Under the pieces are notes generated by a model. That model was not told the origin of the DNA and ran no database searches. It saw nothing but the letters and a program-made list of their open reading frames with translations. 59,165 nt of DNA. It comes from a virus. The DNA lies in the IMG/VR virus record IMGVR_UViG_3300046838_000032, positions 1 through 59,165 of that record; one strand, written 5' to 3'. This document shows, piece after piece, positions 41,205 to 50,349 of this stretch. Positions within the stretch are counted from its first letter, which is position 1. Every line of letters starts with the position of its first letter. A program made the position numbers and the translations under genes.

Positions 41205-41395
41205 CTCGGCCGATCCAATTCCTGATGCCTGACCAGCGCACGGTACAACTGCTGCCGTGGTCGGATGCTGACCTGAACCAGATGAGCCAGGTCGGACCGC
41301 GAGACATCAAGGACGCCGCGGCTTACTGGCGCGAGCATCTCCCGCGGCGACTCAGGACGATACTCGACGCGCGCTCGACGATTCCTCGGCTGTGA
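41201..41395 (+). CDS. Hypothetical small protein
   Basis: The GTG overlaps the previous stop. 64 aa. Confidence 0.4.
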   Translation: MTRPIQFLMPDQRTVQLLPWSDADLNQMSQVGPRDIKDAAAYWREHLPRRLRTILDARSTIPRL

Positions 41396-42015
41396 GTTTC
41401 GTTTGGTCGGCGGCGAGCCAGCGCTACCGTGACGAGGCCAGCGGCCGGTTCGTCTCGCAGGTAGCCGTCAACCAGGCTGTCGATGCCGTGATCAAGGCGG
41501 GCTCGCAGCATATGGTCGCGATGACGCAAGCCCTGCAGACGAACCAGATCACGCTCGCCGAGTGGCAGACGCAGATGGCGACCGAGATCAAGATGCTCCA
41601 CACCGGCGCCGCAGCACTCGGCCGCGGCGGGTGGGAACAAATGACGCAGTCAGACTGGGGCTGGACAGGTCAGCGCATCCGGGCGCAGTACGGCTGGCTC
41701 AGGAACTTCGCCCACGACATCGCGGTCGGGCATCAGCCGATGGACGGCAGACTTCTGGCACGAGCTGCGATGTACGCCGAGGCTACGCGAGCAACCCAGC
41801 GCGAGATGCAGCGGTTCAATGCGTCAGTGATCGGACGGACACAAGAGAGGAACGTACTCGGTGCCGCAGAGCATTGCGGAGGCTGCCTGAGCGCCACGGC
41901 TCGGGGATGGGTGCCGATTGGATCACTACCAGCGATAGGAAATCGTGAGTGCAGGAGCAGATGTCGGTGTTCAATCGTGACGAGGCGCGAGCCGCAGCAA
42001 TTGGCCGCCGCGTGA
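41392..42015 (+). CDS. Head morphogenesis protein (SPP1 gp7 / Mu F-like)
   Basis: SGRFVSQ...ITLAEWQTQMATEIKMLHT...RAAMYAEATR, located after the portal gene. Confidence 0.62.
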   Translation: MSFVWSAASQRYRDEASGRFVSQVAVNQAVDAVIKAGSQHMVAMTQALQTNQITLAEWQTQMATEIKMLHTGAAALGRGGWEQMTQSDWGWTGQRIRAQYGWLRNFAHDIAVGHQPMDGRLLARAAMYAEATRATQREMQRFNASVIGRTQERNVLGAAEHCGGCLSATARGWVPIGSLPAIGNRECRSRCRCSIVTRREPQQLAAA

Positions 42016-42179
42016 CGTTTGCTGAGATCAAGGCTCAGGTGTTGCCGACGCAGTTCGTGGTTACCGACGAATCGCCGCGCTGTTGGTCGTGTGGTCGGAA
42101 ACTCGCTGAGCGCGCCACACGACCGTGGACGATCCGCTGCCGCTGCAAAGAAGTAAACGGCGTGCAGTACGACAACTAA
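42012..42179 (+). CDS. Small zinc-finger protein (Mu Com-like?)
   Basis: PRCWSCGRKLAE....IRCRCKEVN. The GTG overlaps the previous stop. The Com similarity is only pattern-level. Confidence 0.3.
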   Translation: MTFAEIKAQVLPTQFVVTDESPRCWSCGRKLAERATRPWTIRCRCKEVNGVQYDN

Positions 42180-42373
42180 CGAGGCTCGTCCGCCATCAGC
42201 CGGTCGAGCGCATAACGGACAATCTCTGATCGGCTGCATCCCTGGCTCGCGCGGTTCCATAGCCAGTCGCGTTGATCCTGACGGATCACGAACGCCGTGG
42301 TGACCATCGCGACCTCGCCCTGAGGTTTGCGGCCAGCACCCTTTCGAGCGCCGCCGACACGAGACTCAGGCAT
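42176..42373 (-). CDS. Ribbon-helix-helix (CopG-like) protein
   Basis: TTAFVIRQDQRDWL...CSRSEIVRYALDRL. Confidence 0.55.
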   Translation of the reverse strand: MPESRVGGARKGAGRKPQGEVAMVTTAFVIRQDQRDWLWNRASQGCSRSEIVRYALDRLMADEPR

Positions 42374-42568
42374 TTAGCGGACCGTGCGCTCAACTGCTGC
42401 CTGCTGACACTGTGGCGCGCAATCGCAGTTGCCGGTTGCGATTGAATGGTCGATCTTCGCGTCCTTATGACACGGGCAACCACAGTCGGATGGCGCGAGG
42501 CAAAGGATGTGTCGGCTCCATTGGCAATCTGCCGAGCGACCTGTTGCGCTGTTGATCATGCTCTTCAT
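42374..42568 (-). CDS. Cys-rich small protein
   Basis: 64 aa with 8 Cys. The ATG lies 6 nt downstream of a consensus -10. Confidence 0.45.
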   Translation of the reverse strand: MKSMINSATGRSADCQWSRHILCLAPSDCGCPCHKDAKIDHSIATGNCDCAPQCQQAAVERTVR

Positions 42569-42574
42569 GCATTC

Positions 42575-42603
42575 ACTATAAGCCTATCAACATGATACGT
42601 CAA
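42575..42603 (-). promoter_or_regulatory. Sigma70-type promoter TTGACG-17-TATAGT, near-leaderless
   Basis: On the minus strand the -35 is at 42603-42598 and the -10 at 42580-42575. The ATG at 42568 begins 7 nt after the -10. The CCTAT...ATAGG inverted repeat overlaps the promoter. Confidence 0.5.
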
Positions 42604-42633
42604 TAGGTTTTCAGGACGAATATCGGACGAGTT

Positions 42634-43383
42634 TTAGGTCGCGAGTCGTTCTAGCAGCGCGACCCCTCCGGGCACGATCTCGCCCGTCATCGTGAGTGCC
42701 CTGCGCGCCCACTCGCGCGCCTGCTCCATCTCACCGACGGCATAGAACTGACGCGCCATGTGGTACGTCATCATCCGGTCGTCAGGATTCGCCGCCAAGC
42801 ACGACTGCAAGAGCGCCAGATTGCGTTCGTGCTTCCCGCGCTCACGGTACAGATCGCGGTCGTAGCCGTAGTGGATCAATCCCGGCGCTTTCAGGAAACG
42901 GCCGATAGCGATCGGCTTCCCGTTCTTGCGAACCTGCTCGTGGACGCGGTTCTCGTAGCGAATGCTCGGATCGTTCCTGAAGAGCCGGACCGACACAGAG
43001 TTGTCCTGAGTCGCGCGGATGCCATCGAAGCGCCGCTGATCGGTCATGAATGCGTAGCCATCGACCTCGGGATGCGGCTGGCGCATCGCCATCGTAACCA
43101 TCGCAGCTCCGAAGTCGCTGAGCCGCTCGTCGGCGTCGATGACGAAGATCCACTCCCGTTTGGCTTTCCGTAGACCGATGTTGCGGGCCGCGGCGAAATC
43201 ATCCTGCCAGTCGAAGTGATGAATCCTGGCACCGGCCGCTCGAGCGATTGACTCGGTCCGGTCGGTCGTCTTCGAGTCGATGCCGATGACGATCTCGTCG
43301 GCCACACGCTTGACGCTGTCGAGTGAGGCCGATAGTAGCCGTTCCTCGTCCTTGACGATGTAGCACACGCTTAGGCCGCGCAT
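42634..43383 (-). CDS. Family-2 glycosyltransferase with a TPR-like C-terminus
   Basis: SVCYIVKDEERLL..., AAARNIGL and FVIDADERL (DxD). The C-terminal repeats are helical. Confidence 0.8.
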   Translation of the reverse strand: MRGLSVCYIVKDEERLLSASLDSVKRVADEIVIGIDSKTTDRTESIARAAGARIHHFDWQDDFAAARNIGLRKAKREWIFVIDADERLSDFGAAMVTMAMRQPHPEVDGYAFMTDQRRFDGIRATQDNSVSVRLFRNDPSIRYENRVHEQVRKNGKPIAIGRFLKAPGLIHYGYDRDLYRERGKHERNLALLQSCLAANPDDRMMTYHMARQFYAVGEMEQAREWARRALTMTGEIVPGGVALLERLAT

Positions 43384-43387
43384 GTTC

Positions 43388-43416
43388 TTGACATTTTACT
43401 AGCCGACATACATAGT
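43388..43416 (+). promoter_or_regulatory. Candidate promoter TTGACA-17-CATAGT upstream of the protease/capsid genes
   Basis: Hexamers read at 43388-93 and 43411-16 in the divergent gap. Confidence 0.4.
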
Positions 43417-43479
43417 TACGCCCAATCGCATAGATCACTAAGTGGCGCTCTCGCTGCATGTCGCCCCAAGCAAGCAGCG

Positions 43480-45024
43480 TTGAGGGCCATTTTCTTGTCC
43501 ACAACCGAAGTCAAGATCGTCAGCGCAAGCGGTAATACGCTTCGCATCGCCGGCTATGGCGTCGTTTACGGTGGACGAGACGTTGTCGGCGACTACTTCA
43601 CCAAGTCAACCGACTTCTGGTTCGACCGGCTCACCGAGACGCCGCCAGTTCTGTTCCAGCACGGACAGGACTCGATGCTCAAGGGCACGGTCGTCGGCCG
43701 CGTCATCGCCAAGCACTCAGACGATATCGGCCTGTGGGTTGAGGCACAGATCACCGCATCCAAGAAGTACGCCGATGCGATCCGTGAGCTTGTGGCGAAA
43801 GGCATTCTCGGCTGGTCGTCAGGCAGCGTGCCGCACCTCGTCAAGCGTGCCGGCCGGACACAAAAGGGCACGACCGAAATTCTGTCCTGGCCGGTTGTCG
43901 AGTTCAGCCTGACGCCAACACCGGCCGAGCCGCGCACCGTCGGTATCAAGGAATTGAAATCGCTCGCCGCCATCGAGCCGTCCTTCCGCTCAGTCATCAA
44001 GGCCCCGATGACGACTGAGATGAGCTACGAGGATCTGGAAGAGGATCTCGAGGAAGCCATCGCGGAGTCGATGGGCATTGACGAGGACATGGTCGAGACC
44101 GTCGCTACGTTCCCCGATCACGTCATCGTCTGCATCTGCGAGCCAGGCGATGACGACATGGTCTGGTGGGACGTTCCGTACACGCTCGACGCAGACCGCG
44201 AGCCGGTCTTGGGTTCACCGACCCAACTAGACCAAGCGTTCATCCCAGCGCAGGCAAAGACGCAGCCGGCTAAGGCGCAGCAGGGTATGGCGCGCTCTGA
44301 CTACGCCTGGGTTGACTCGTCCGGCACCGGCCACCTCGACATCAGTGACGAGGGCCACGTCCGCGCGGCAATGGCGCGTTTCAACCAGACGCATTTCACC
44401 GAGGACGGAGCCAAGCGTTCCGCAGCTCGCAAGATCCTCGCTCGCGCCCGCTCGATGGGTATCGAAGTCTCGCCGGACTCCGCAGTCGCGAGTGCGGCCA
44501 AAGGAGTAAACATGGCAGACCTCCCAGACGACGCATTCGGCTACGTCGCGCCCGGCGGCACGTTTGACGACGAGCGCAAGACGTTCCCGCGGGCACTTCG
44601 TCACTTCCATCACCACGATGAGAACGGCGACGTCGACCGCGCGCTGCTTCATCAGGCAGTAGACGAGGCGATGAAAGCCGACATCGGCGATCACGCGCTG
44701 TCGCACTTGCTGGCTCATCTGTACGAGAAGACCGATCCGCACTCGAAGTATTGGGCTGAGGACTCCCTCGCAGGCGAAACCCTCGTGGCTGCCTACAAGT
44801 TCTTTAGCGCTCTCGACGACATCGTTGCGGACCAGAAGTCGATGGAGCGTATCGGCTGGCAGGGAGTTACCCGCCGTGTGCAGCCCGAGCGGCTCCAGGC
44901 ACTCAAGGAACTGCGGAACTACATCGGCATCACCATCGAACGCGCCGAGCAAGCGGAAGCCGGCGACGACGGAACCCAGCGCGCCCAGGCACTGCGCTAC
45001 GAACTCGAACTACTGGAAGTCTGA
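43480..45024 (+). CDS. HK97-family prohead protease (S78) with a long C-terminal scaffold-like extension
   Basis: IAGYGVVYGGRDVVGDYF...VLFQHG...GWSSGS...EFSLTPTPAEP in the first ~170 aa. The C-terminal ~340 aa are acidic and helical. TTG start. Confidence 0.75.
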   Translation: MRAIFLSTTEVKIVSASGNTLRIAGYGVVYGGRDVVGDYFTKSTDFWFDRLTETPPVLFQHGQDSMLKGTVVGRVIAKHSDDIGLWVEAQITASKKYADAIRELVAKGILGWSSGSVPHLVKRAGRTQKGTTEILSWPVVEFSLTPTPAEPRTVGIKELKSLAAIEPSFRSVIKAPMTTEMSYEDLEEDLEEAIAESMGIDEDMVETVATFPDHVIVCICEPGDDDMVWWDVPYTLDADREPVLGSPTQLDQAFIPAQAKTQPAKAQQGMARSDYAWVDSSGTGHLDISDEGHVRAAMARFNQTHFTEDGAKRSAARKILARARSMGIEVSPDSAVASAAKGVNMADLPDDAFGYVAPGGTFDDERKTFPRALRHFHHHDENGDVDRALLHQAVDEAMKADIGDHALSHLLAHLYEKTDPHSKYWAEDSLAGETLVAAYKFFSALDDIVADQKSMERIGWQGVTRRVQPERLQALKELRNYIGITIERAEQAEAGDDGTQRAQALRYELELLEV

Positions 45025-45035
45025 AAGGAGTCAGC

Positions 45036-46517
45036 GTGCCAGACTTGAAAACGAAGAGGGACACCCTCGAAACGCTAAAGGCGCGCGTTGGCGCCATTCT
45101 CTCCCAGTACAAGGACAACGTGCCGGCTGAGAAGTCGGCCGAGGTCCGGCGACTGCTCGACGAGGCCGCAAACCTCAAAGCGAGTATCGAAGAGGACGTT
45201 CGCACCGCGGAAGCTGCGAAGGACTATCAGTCACTCGCCGACTTCCTCGAGATGCCGGTCTATCGCGTGCCTCACGGCATCGGTGATGGTGACGGCGACT
45301 CGGAAGACCGCAAAGCCATGAAGGCGGCCGGCTGGGAGTTCAAGGACGGTGGGATCTGGCGACAGACCAGCACCGGCATCTTGCAGCCGATGTATCCCGA
45401 GGAAGTCCTCTTCGGCAAGATCCCGACCAACGACGTCGATGCGGCCAAGTTCTACACCATGACGCGTGCCGCGTTTCGTCCCGAGTATCGCAAGGCGTAC
45501 GAGCAACTCATCCGTCTGACGGCAACGCAAGGGAACATGGCGCTGTCGCTGATGGGGCTGGACGCTCAGAAGGCGCTCTCCGAAGGTCTGGATGCCAGTG
45601 GTGGCTTCCTCGTTCCGCCGGATCTCCAGGCTGAGGTGCTCGCCCGTACCGCGCAGATGAGCGTGATGCGTCAACTCGCGCGTGTGCAGGCCACTTCTCG
45701 CGACGTGCTCTACTGGCCGATGGTTCAGGCTGCGAGTTCGACAACCGGCGGCGTTGCCTCCGGCGGCGGTTCGATCTTCTCGAGCGGCTTCGCCGGCACA
45801 TGGGTCGGTGAGACTCCGAGTGCCTCGGATACCGATCCCGCGTTCGGGCAGTTCCAGATCCCGATCAAAAAGCTGCGCGTGAGCACTCGGCTGAGCAACG
45901 ACTTTGTCGCTGACTCCGCGGTGAACGTCCTCGCCTTCCTCGCGCAGAACGGTGCCGAAAACCTCGCGCTCGTTGAAGACCTCGGCTTTATTGCCGGGAC
46001 TGGCGTGCTCGATCCGAAGGGCATCCTGAACGGTGGCGCGACCACGGTCGATGTGGAAGGTTCGACATCGGACACGATCAGCAACACCACGACCGTCACC
46101 GGGACCGCGACGAAGATCCTCAGCCTCGAATATGCGATTCCCGCCCAGTACGTCAACGGCGCCGTGTGGCTGATGAAGCGCGACAGCGAGGGTAAGACCC
46201 GCAAACTGACCGATGGTCAGGGCCGGTTCATGTGGCAGCGCGGCACGACCAACAACCAGTACGGCGGCCGCGTCAGCGATCTCGACGGATACCCGGTCTA
46301 CAACAGCGATTTCATGCCGGCTGATGGCACGAACACCAACAAGGTCTACCTGTTCGGAAACATCGGTCAGGCGTACATCATCGCCCAGCGAGCCCAGATC
46401 ACCTCGCGCGTGCTCAACGAACGCTACGCCGACACAGATCAGGTCGGAGTCATCCTCTGGGAGCGTGTCGGTGGCGACACATGGAACCCAGATGCCATTC
46501 GGTATGGCGTCGTCTAA
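45036..46517 (+). CDS. Major capsid protein, HK97 fold, with an N-terminal delta/coiled-coil region
   Basis: 493 aa with GGFLVPPDLQAEVL...MSVMRQLARV. GTG start after AAGGAG. Confidence 0.85.
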   Translation: MPDLKTKRDTLETLKARVGAILSQYKDNVPAEKSAEVRRLLDEAANLKASIEEDVRTAEAAKDYQSLADFLEMPVYRVPHGIGDGDGDSEDRKAMKAAGWEFKDGGIWRQTSTGILQPMYPEEVLFGKIPTNDVDAAKFYTMTRAAFRPEYRKAYEQLIRLTATQGNMALSLMGLDAQKALSEGLDASGGFLVPPDLQAEVLARTAQMSVMRQLARVQATSRDVLYWPMVQAASSTTGGVASGGGSIFSSGFAGTWVGETPSASDTDPAFGQFQIPIKKLRVSTRLSNDFVADSAVNVLAFLAQNGAENLALVEDLGFIAGTGVLDPKGILNGGATTVDVEGSTSDTISNTTTVTGTATKILSLEYAIPAQYVNGAVWLMKRDSEGKTRKLTDGQGRFMWQRGTTNNQYGGRVSDLDGYPVYNSDFMPADGTNTNKVYLFGNIGQAYIIAQRAQITSRVLNERYADTDQVGVILWERVGGDTWNPDAIRYGVV

Positions 46518-46533
46518 AGGAGGTATTCAGTAA

Positions 46534-46965
46534 ATGCCTAGCTACCACGATTCACCTTCCGAGACGATGCTCTGCGCGCTCGATATCGCCGCGCAGACCG
46601 CATCGGCTGGTGTCAACGGCACCGCGCTCGACATGCAAGGCTGGGACGGCATCCTGTACGTCTTCAACCTTGGCGCTATGGCGTCCGGTGCGACGTTCGA
46701 TGCGCGCATCATGGGCGCCGCGAACTCGAACTTCAACGTCAACTCGAACATCACCAACGCGGCGATCACCCAGTTGACCAATGCCAGCAATACGAACACG
46801 GTGATGGTCGACGTGTGGCGGCCAACGCTTCGCTACGTCAAGAGCGTGACCACTCCCGCGTCGGCGAACTCGACGTTCTCGAGCGTCGCTATCCGTTACC
46901 GCGGGTCCGGAGTATTCCCGCTCACACAGACCGCCGCCCAGCTCGTAAAGGTGCAGGCGAACTAG
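46534..46965 (+). CDS. Hypothetical head-associated protein (decoration candidate)
   Basis: 143 aa. The ATG follows AAAGGAGG. It lies immediately after the capsid gene and has an Asn/Ser/Thr-rich centre. Confidence 0.5.
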   Translation: MPSYHDSPSETMLCALDIAAQTASAGVNGTALDMQGWDGILYVFNLGAMASGATFDARIMGAANSNFNVNSNITNAAITQLTNASNTNTVMVDVWRPTLRYVKSVTTPASANSTFSSVAIRYRGSGVFPLTQTAAQLVKVQAN

Positions 46966-46976
46966 GAGACCGTTAC

Positions 46977-48338
46977 TTGGCAATTGAAGCTAGCGCCGCG
47001 CCTGCCGACTTGGTCGAGGCGCGCTCCCAGCTTGCCGACGAATGGCGGACCCGCAGTCCGCAGACGCCGGACGAGATCGCTCAGTTCTATACCGATCCTC
47101 GCGTCGGCGCATACATGCGCGCCGATCTCAATGCCTGGCACGATACCGAAGCGCGGCAGAGCATCACTGAGATCCTCAAAGTGGTCGCGCGTGCCACGAA
47201 CGCCAAGCACGTAGTAGACATCGGCGCTGGTGCCGGCCACGATCTTCGTGCACTCGCGGGAATCGTTCCGTTCCGTCATGGGATCGAGCCGAACGACGCA
47301 CTCCGCGCGGACCTCGAAGCGCAAGGCTTCCAGATGCATCCAAGCGTGGAGCATGCCGAAGACTGCTGCGTCACGGCGGACTTGTTCGTATCCATCGACG
47401 TGCTCGAGCACTTGCCTGATCCTGAATCGTTCCTCGACAAGGCACTCGGACAGGCGAAGATCGGCGCGCATCTCTTCGAGATGACGGCGACTCACGATAC
47501 CGGCACGCCGCTCCACCTGAAGAGTAACCGCGGCTGGCGACCGGGCCGATGGCTCGAGCAGCATGGCTGGTGGGAAGTCGATAACACCGACCGTATCCAC
47601 ATCTGGCAGAAGCAGCACGAGACCGGTATCCAGAGCGCTACGTTGCTCGCGGCCGTGAGTCGCATGCCGACGATCGTCTGGACGGCGAACCGGACGACCG
47701 GCGCCGGCGGCAACGAATGGCGAATGCGCGCCAACATCGGTGATGCGCTACTGACCCGTTCGCGCTCGATCCTGGCCTACAACTGGTGGATCGACACGGG
47801 CGATGACGTGTTCCTGATGATCGATGACGATATCGACTTCAGGAAGCAGGATGCTGACCGTGCGGTTGCATATTGCCGTGACGGTTATGACATCGTCTGT
47901 GGCGGCTATCCGGTGCGGGACGCCTCGCATCTGGCTCTGCGCTGGTTGCCGAAGACCACGGGCCAGATCCATTTCGGACCCCCAGGTATCGACGAGGATG
48001 GCATCCGGCACACGCAAGAGCCTATCGAGATCATGTACGCCGCGACGGGCTTCATGGCTGTTCACCGGCGCGTGCTCGACGGCATGGCGAAGATGCTGCC
48101 GATCGTCAACTCGGGCGCTCCCTGGTATTACCCGTTCTTCCAAGAGTTGTTCCGCTACGACGATCAGATCGACGGCATCCTCGAGTTGAGCGAGGATTGG
48201 GGATTCTGCGCGCTAGCGCGCGACGCCGGTTTCAAGGTGTGGGTTGATCCGCAAGCCATCTTGAGCCATGAGGGCCGCACGGTCCCGCTCACCGTGAAGA
48301 ACATGAAGGAGATTAGCTATGCCCTCACCAAAGCCTGA
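46977..48338 (+). CDS. Fusion of a class-I SAM methyltransferase domain with a glycosyltransferase-like domain
   Basis: TTG 46977 lies 9 nt after AGGAG. The N-domain has VVDIGAGAGHD...DVLEHLPDP. The C-domain has FLMIDDDIDF...SEDWGFCALARDAGFKVWVDP...SHEG. Confidence 0.68.
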   Translation: MAIEASAAPADLVEARSQLADEWRTRSPQTPDEIAQFYTDPRVGAYMRADLNAWHDTEARQSITEILKVVARATNAKHVVDIGAGAGHDLRALAGIVPFRHGIEPNDALRADLEAQGFQMHPSVEHAEDCCVTADLFVSIDVLEHLPDPESFLDKALGQAKIGAHLFEMTATHDTGTPLHLKSNRGWRPGRWLEQHGWWEVDNTDRIHIWQKQHETGIQSATLLAAVSRMPTIVWTANRTTGAGGNEWRMRANIGDALLTRSRSILAYNWWIDTGDDVFLMIDDDIDFRKQDADRAVAYCRDGYDIVCGGYPVRDASHLALRWLPKTTGQIHFGPPGIDEDGIRHTQEPIEIMYAATGFMAVHRRVLDGMAKMLPIVNSGAPWYYPFFQELFRYDDQIDGILELSEDWGFCALARDAGFKVWVDPQAILSHEGRTVPLTVKNMKEISYALTKA

Positions 48339-48561
48339 CCCGGAAGTCGCGCAGGCCAACGCGGAACTCGCGAGCGCTCACGTTGAGGCTGCACAGGAAG
48401 CTGCGGCGGAGGCTGATCGCCAACTCGCTCAGGCGACGAAGTCAAGCCCGCGTGTCGCGCTCTGCTCCGTCTGTAATGGCGAGACGATCAAGCACCCGCA
48501 ACCTAAAGGCGAGGGGATTTACCACTGCAATTTCTGCGGCAGTTGCAAGCCAGAACCCTGA
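48319..48561 (+). CDS. Small zinc-ribbon protein
   Basis: CSVCNG...HCNFCGSC. Confidence 0.45.
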   Translation: MPSPKPDPEVAQANAELASAHVEAAQEAAAEADRQLAQATKSSPRVALCSVCNGETIKHPQPKGEGIYHCNFCGSCKPEP

Positions 48562-48689
48562 TGTTGACGCCGGTGGTCTGGGCGATGCTGTTCGGGATCG
48601 CTGGTGCGCTCCTGATCGGTCCATTTGGTGCCGTTGCTGGCGCCATGATGGGCGTCACGCTCGACTCGGCGATTCGAATGGAAGACTGA
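48561..48689 (+). CDS. 42-aa Gly/Ala-rich membrane peptide
   Basis: MLTPVVWAMLFGIAGALLIGPFGAVAGAMMGV... read by hand. The ATG overlaps the previous stop. Confidence 0.35.
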   Translation: MLTPVVWAMLFGIAGALLIGPFGAVAGAMMGVTLDSAIRMED

Positions 48690-48690
48690 C

Positions 48691-49365
48691 GTGGCGAACG
48701 CGTACGCCGACACCGCTGACCTCATGGAGCGTCTCGGGATCGACACGAGCGACTCGCGGCAGACGCAGCTCGCGAACATCGTTGAGGTTGCCTCGCGTTG
48801 GATCGATGCCGAGACCGGGCACCGGTTCTACGCTGCCACCGAGACGCGCTACTACACGGCGAACCATCGCTGGCCGCAGACGTACCGCTGGGAATTCGAC
48901 ACGCTCGAGCGGCCCGGTGGCATTCCTGGGCGCGTCACGATTGATGACTTCCTGTCGGTGACGCAGGTTGCTACGGACGAAGATGGCGACGGAACCTATG
49001 AGCGCGTCTGGACGGTTACGACCGACTACTGGCTCGGGCCACGGAACGCGCCACTCAAAGGTGAGCCGTACCGCTATCTGAACCGCACGCCGGCCACCGG
49101 CCGCTACCTGTTCCCGTACTGGGAAGAGGGGATCAGCGTGACTGGCTCGGTGGGTTGGTGTGCGCTAGCCGCATGTCCGGCGGATATCAAAGAGCTGACG
49201 CTCATGGTCGGCGAGGTGCTCGGGACGACGCTCACGGACTTATCGCAGCCAGGTGTGCAGACCTACAACATCACTCAGCAGTTGTCGGTGGTGATGGCGC
49301 CCGAGGTACTGCCGCCGCTCGGTCAGCAGATTCTCCAGAAGTACCGCGGGATCTCGATCCTATGA
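48691..49365 (+). CDS. Head-tail connector/adaptor (gp6-like N-terminus)
   Basis: YADTADLMERLGIDTSD...LANIVEVASRWIDAETGHRFY. Confidence 0.55.
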   Translation: MANAYADTADLMERLGIDTSDSRQTQLANIVEVASRWIDAETGHRFYAATETRYYTANHRWPQTYRWEFDTLERPGGIPGRVTIDDFLSVTQVATDEDGDGTYERVWTVTTDYWLGPRNAPLKGEPYRYLNRTPATGRYLFPYWEEGISVTGSVGWCALAACPADIKELTLMVGEVLGTTLTDLSQPGVQTYNITQQLSVVMAPEVLPPLGQQILQKYRGISIL

Positions 49366-49718
49366 GCGGCATCCGTGGCGTCAAGGGGTTGCAGGTCGCG
49401 CACAGGACGATCCTTACCGGCTCGGCCGACCTCTATCGCAAGTCCATCGTTGCAGATACGAGCGGTGGTCAGACCGATACGTACACGAAGATCGCAACGC
49501 TGCCATGTAACTACGTCCCATCGCAGTACACGCCACGTGAGCGTGAGTCGGCAGTTCGTGTTCAGGACTATATCTACTGGGACTTCACGTTTCCGGCGGG
49601 TGTTGACATTCGGGCGACGGATCGGTTGTACATCGGCTCACGGCGATTCGAGGTTGCCGGTGGTGGTGAGCCAAGCATCGGCATATTCACTTCCATCATC
49701 TGTCTGGAGATCAAATAG
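49362..49718 (+). CDS. Head closure / head-tail joining protein
   Basis: 118 aa. The pattern TDTYTKIATLPCNYVP...ATDRLYIGSRRFEV is typical of the SPP1 gp16-like family. Confidence 0.55.
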   Translation: MSGIRGVKGLQVAHRTILTGSADLYRKSIVADTSGGQTDTYTKIATLPCNYVPSQYTPRERESAVRVQDYIYWDFTFPAGVDIRATDRLYIGSRRFEVAGGGEPSIGIFTSIICLEIK

Positions 49719-49972
49719 TGAGCGAGGCTGTCGTGTTAGCGAAAGTTACCTGTCGCCAGTGCGGCGCAACGTTCAATCTGCGTTGGGACGATGACACCAT
49801 TCGGCCGGTGCCGTGTCCGCTGGATGGCGGCGGGACCATCGTCAAGGTCCGAAACAACAAGACCGGCGCGTGGGAAGTCGTCGAGTCCGTGCCGGCCAAG
49901 GATGCCGAGCCTGAGGCTGAACCTGCACCTGAACCCGAACCTGCACCAGATAGAGAGGAACATCCCCAATGA
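49718..49972 (+). CDS. Small protein with CxxC and an acidic Pro/Glu tail
   Basis: 84-aa ORF with a GTG start. Confidence 0.45.
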   Translation: MSEAVVLAKVTCRQCGATFNLRWDDDTIRPVPCPLDGGGTIVKVRNNKTGAWEVVESVPAKDAEPEAEPAPEPEPAPDREEHPQ

Positions 49973-50328
49973 GCGCAACGGCATTGAGCATCACGACTAC
50001 GGCCGCGGCTGGCACAGTTCTGCCGGCTCAGGCTGCGGTCGACAACGGTAACGGCAACACCTTTACCAACACTGGCCGTGAAGCACTCATCGTCACCAAC
50101 CTGAGCGGCGTATCGCTCACCGTGACTCTCACCACGAATGGCGTGTATGCCGTCGGCGCCGTGAACTACTCCGTGGCTGATCTTGTCGTGACGCTCGCCA
50201 ATAACACGTCCAAGATCATCGGGCCCTTCGATAAGACGCTCTTCAACGATGGCAGTGCGAACGTCGATGTTGCCTGGTCGACCGGCACCAACGTCACGTG
50301 CAACGTGATCTCCCTTGGCACTGCCTGA
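49969..50328 (+). CDS. 119-aa virion-module protein, paralog A
   Basis: About 85% identical in protein sequence to 50350-50709. Confidence 0.65.
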   Translation: MSATALSITTTAAAGTVLPAQAAVDNGNGNTFTNTGREALIVTNLSGVSLTVTLTTNGVYAVGAVNYSVADLVVTLANNTSKIIGPFDKTLFNDGSANVDVAWSTGTNVTCNVISLGTA

Positions 50329-50349
50329 GATAGAGAGGAACATCCGCCC

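Noticed and set aside
46815-46976. An upstream extension of the methyltransferase-glycosyltransferase ORF back to 46815.
   Set aside because: It would overlap the previous gene by 150 nt. TTG 46977, 9 nt after AGGAG and just past the upstream stop, is the better start.
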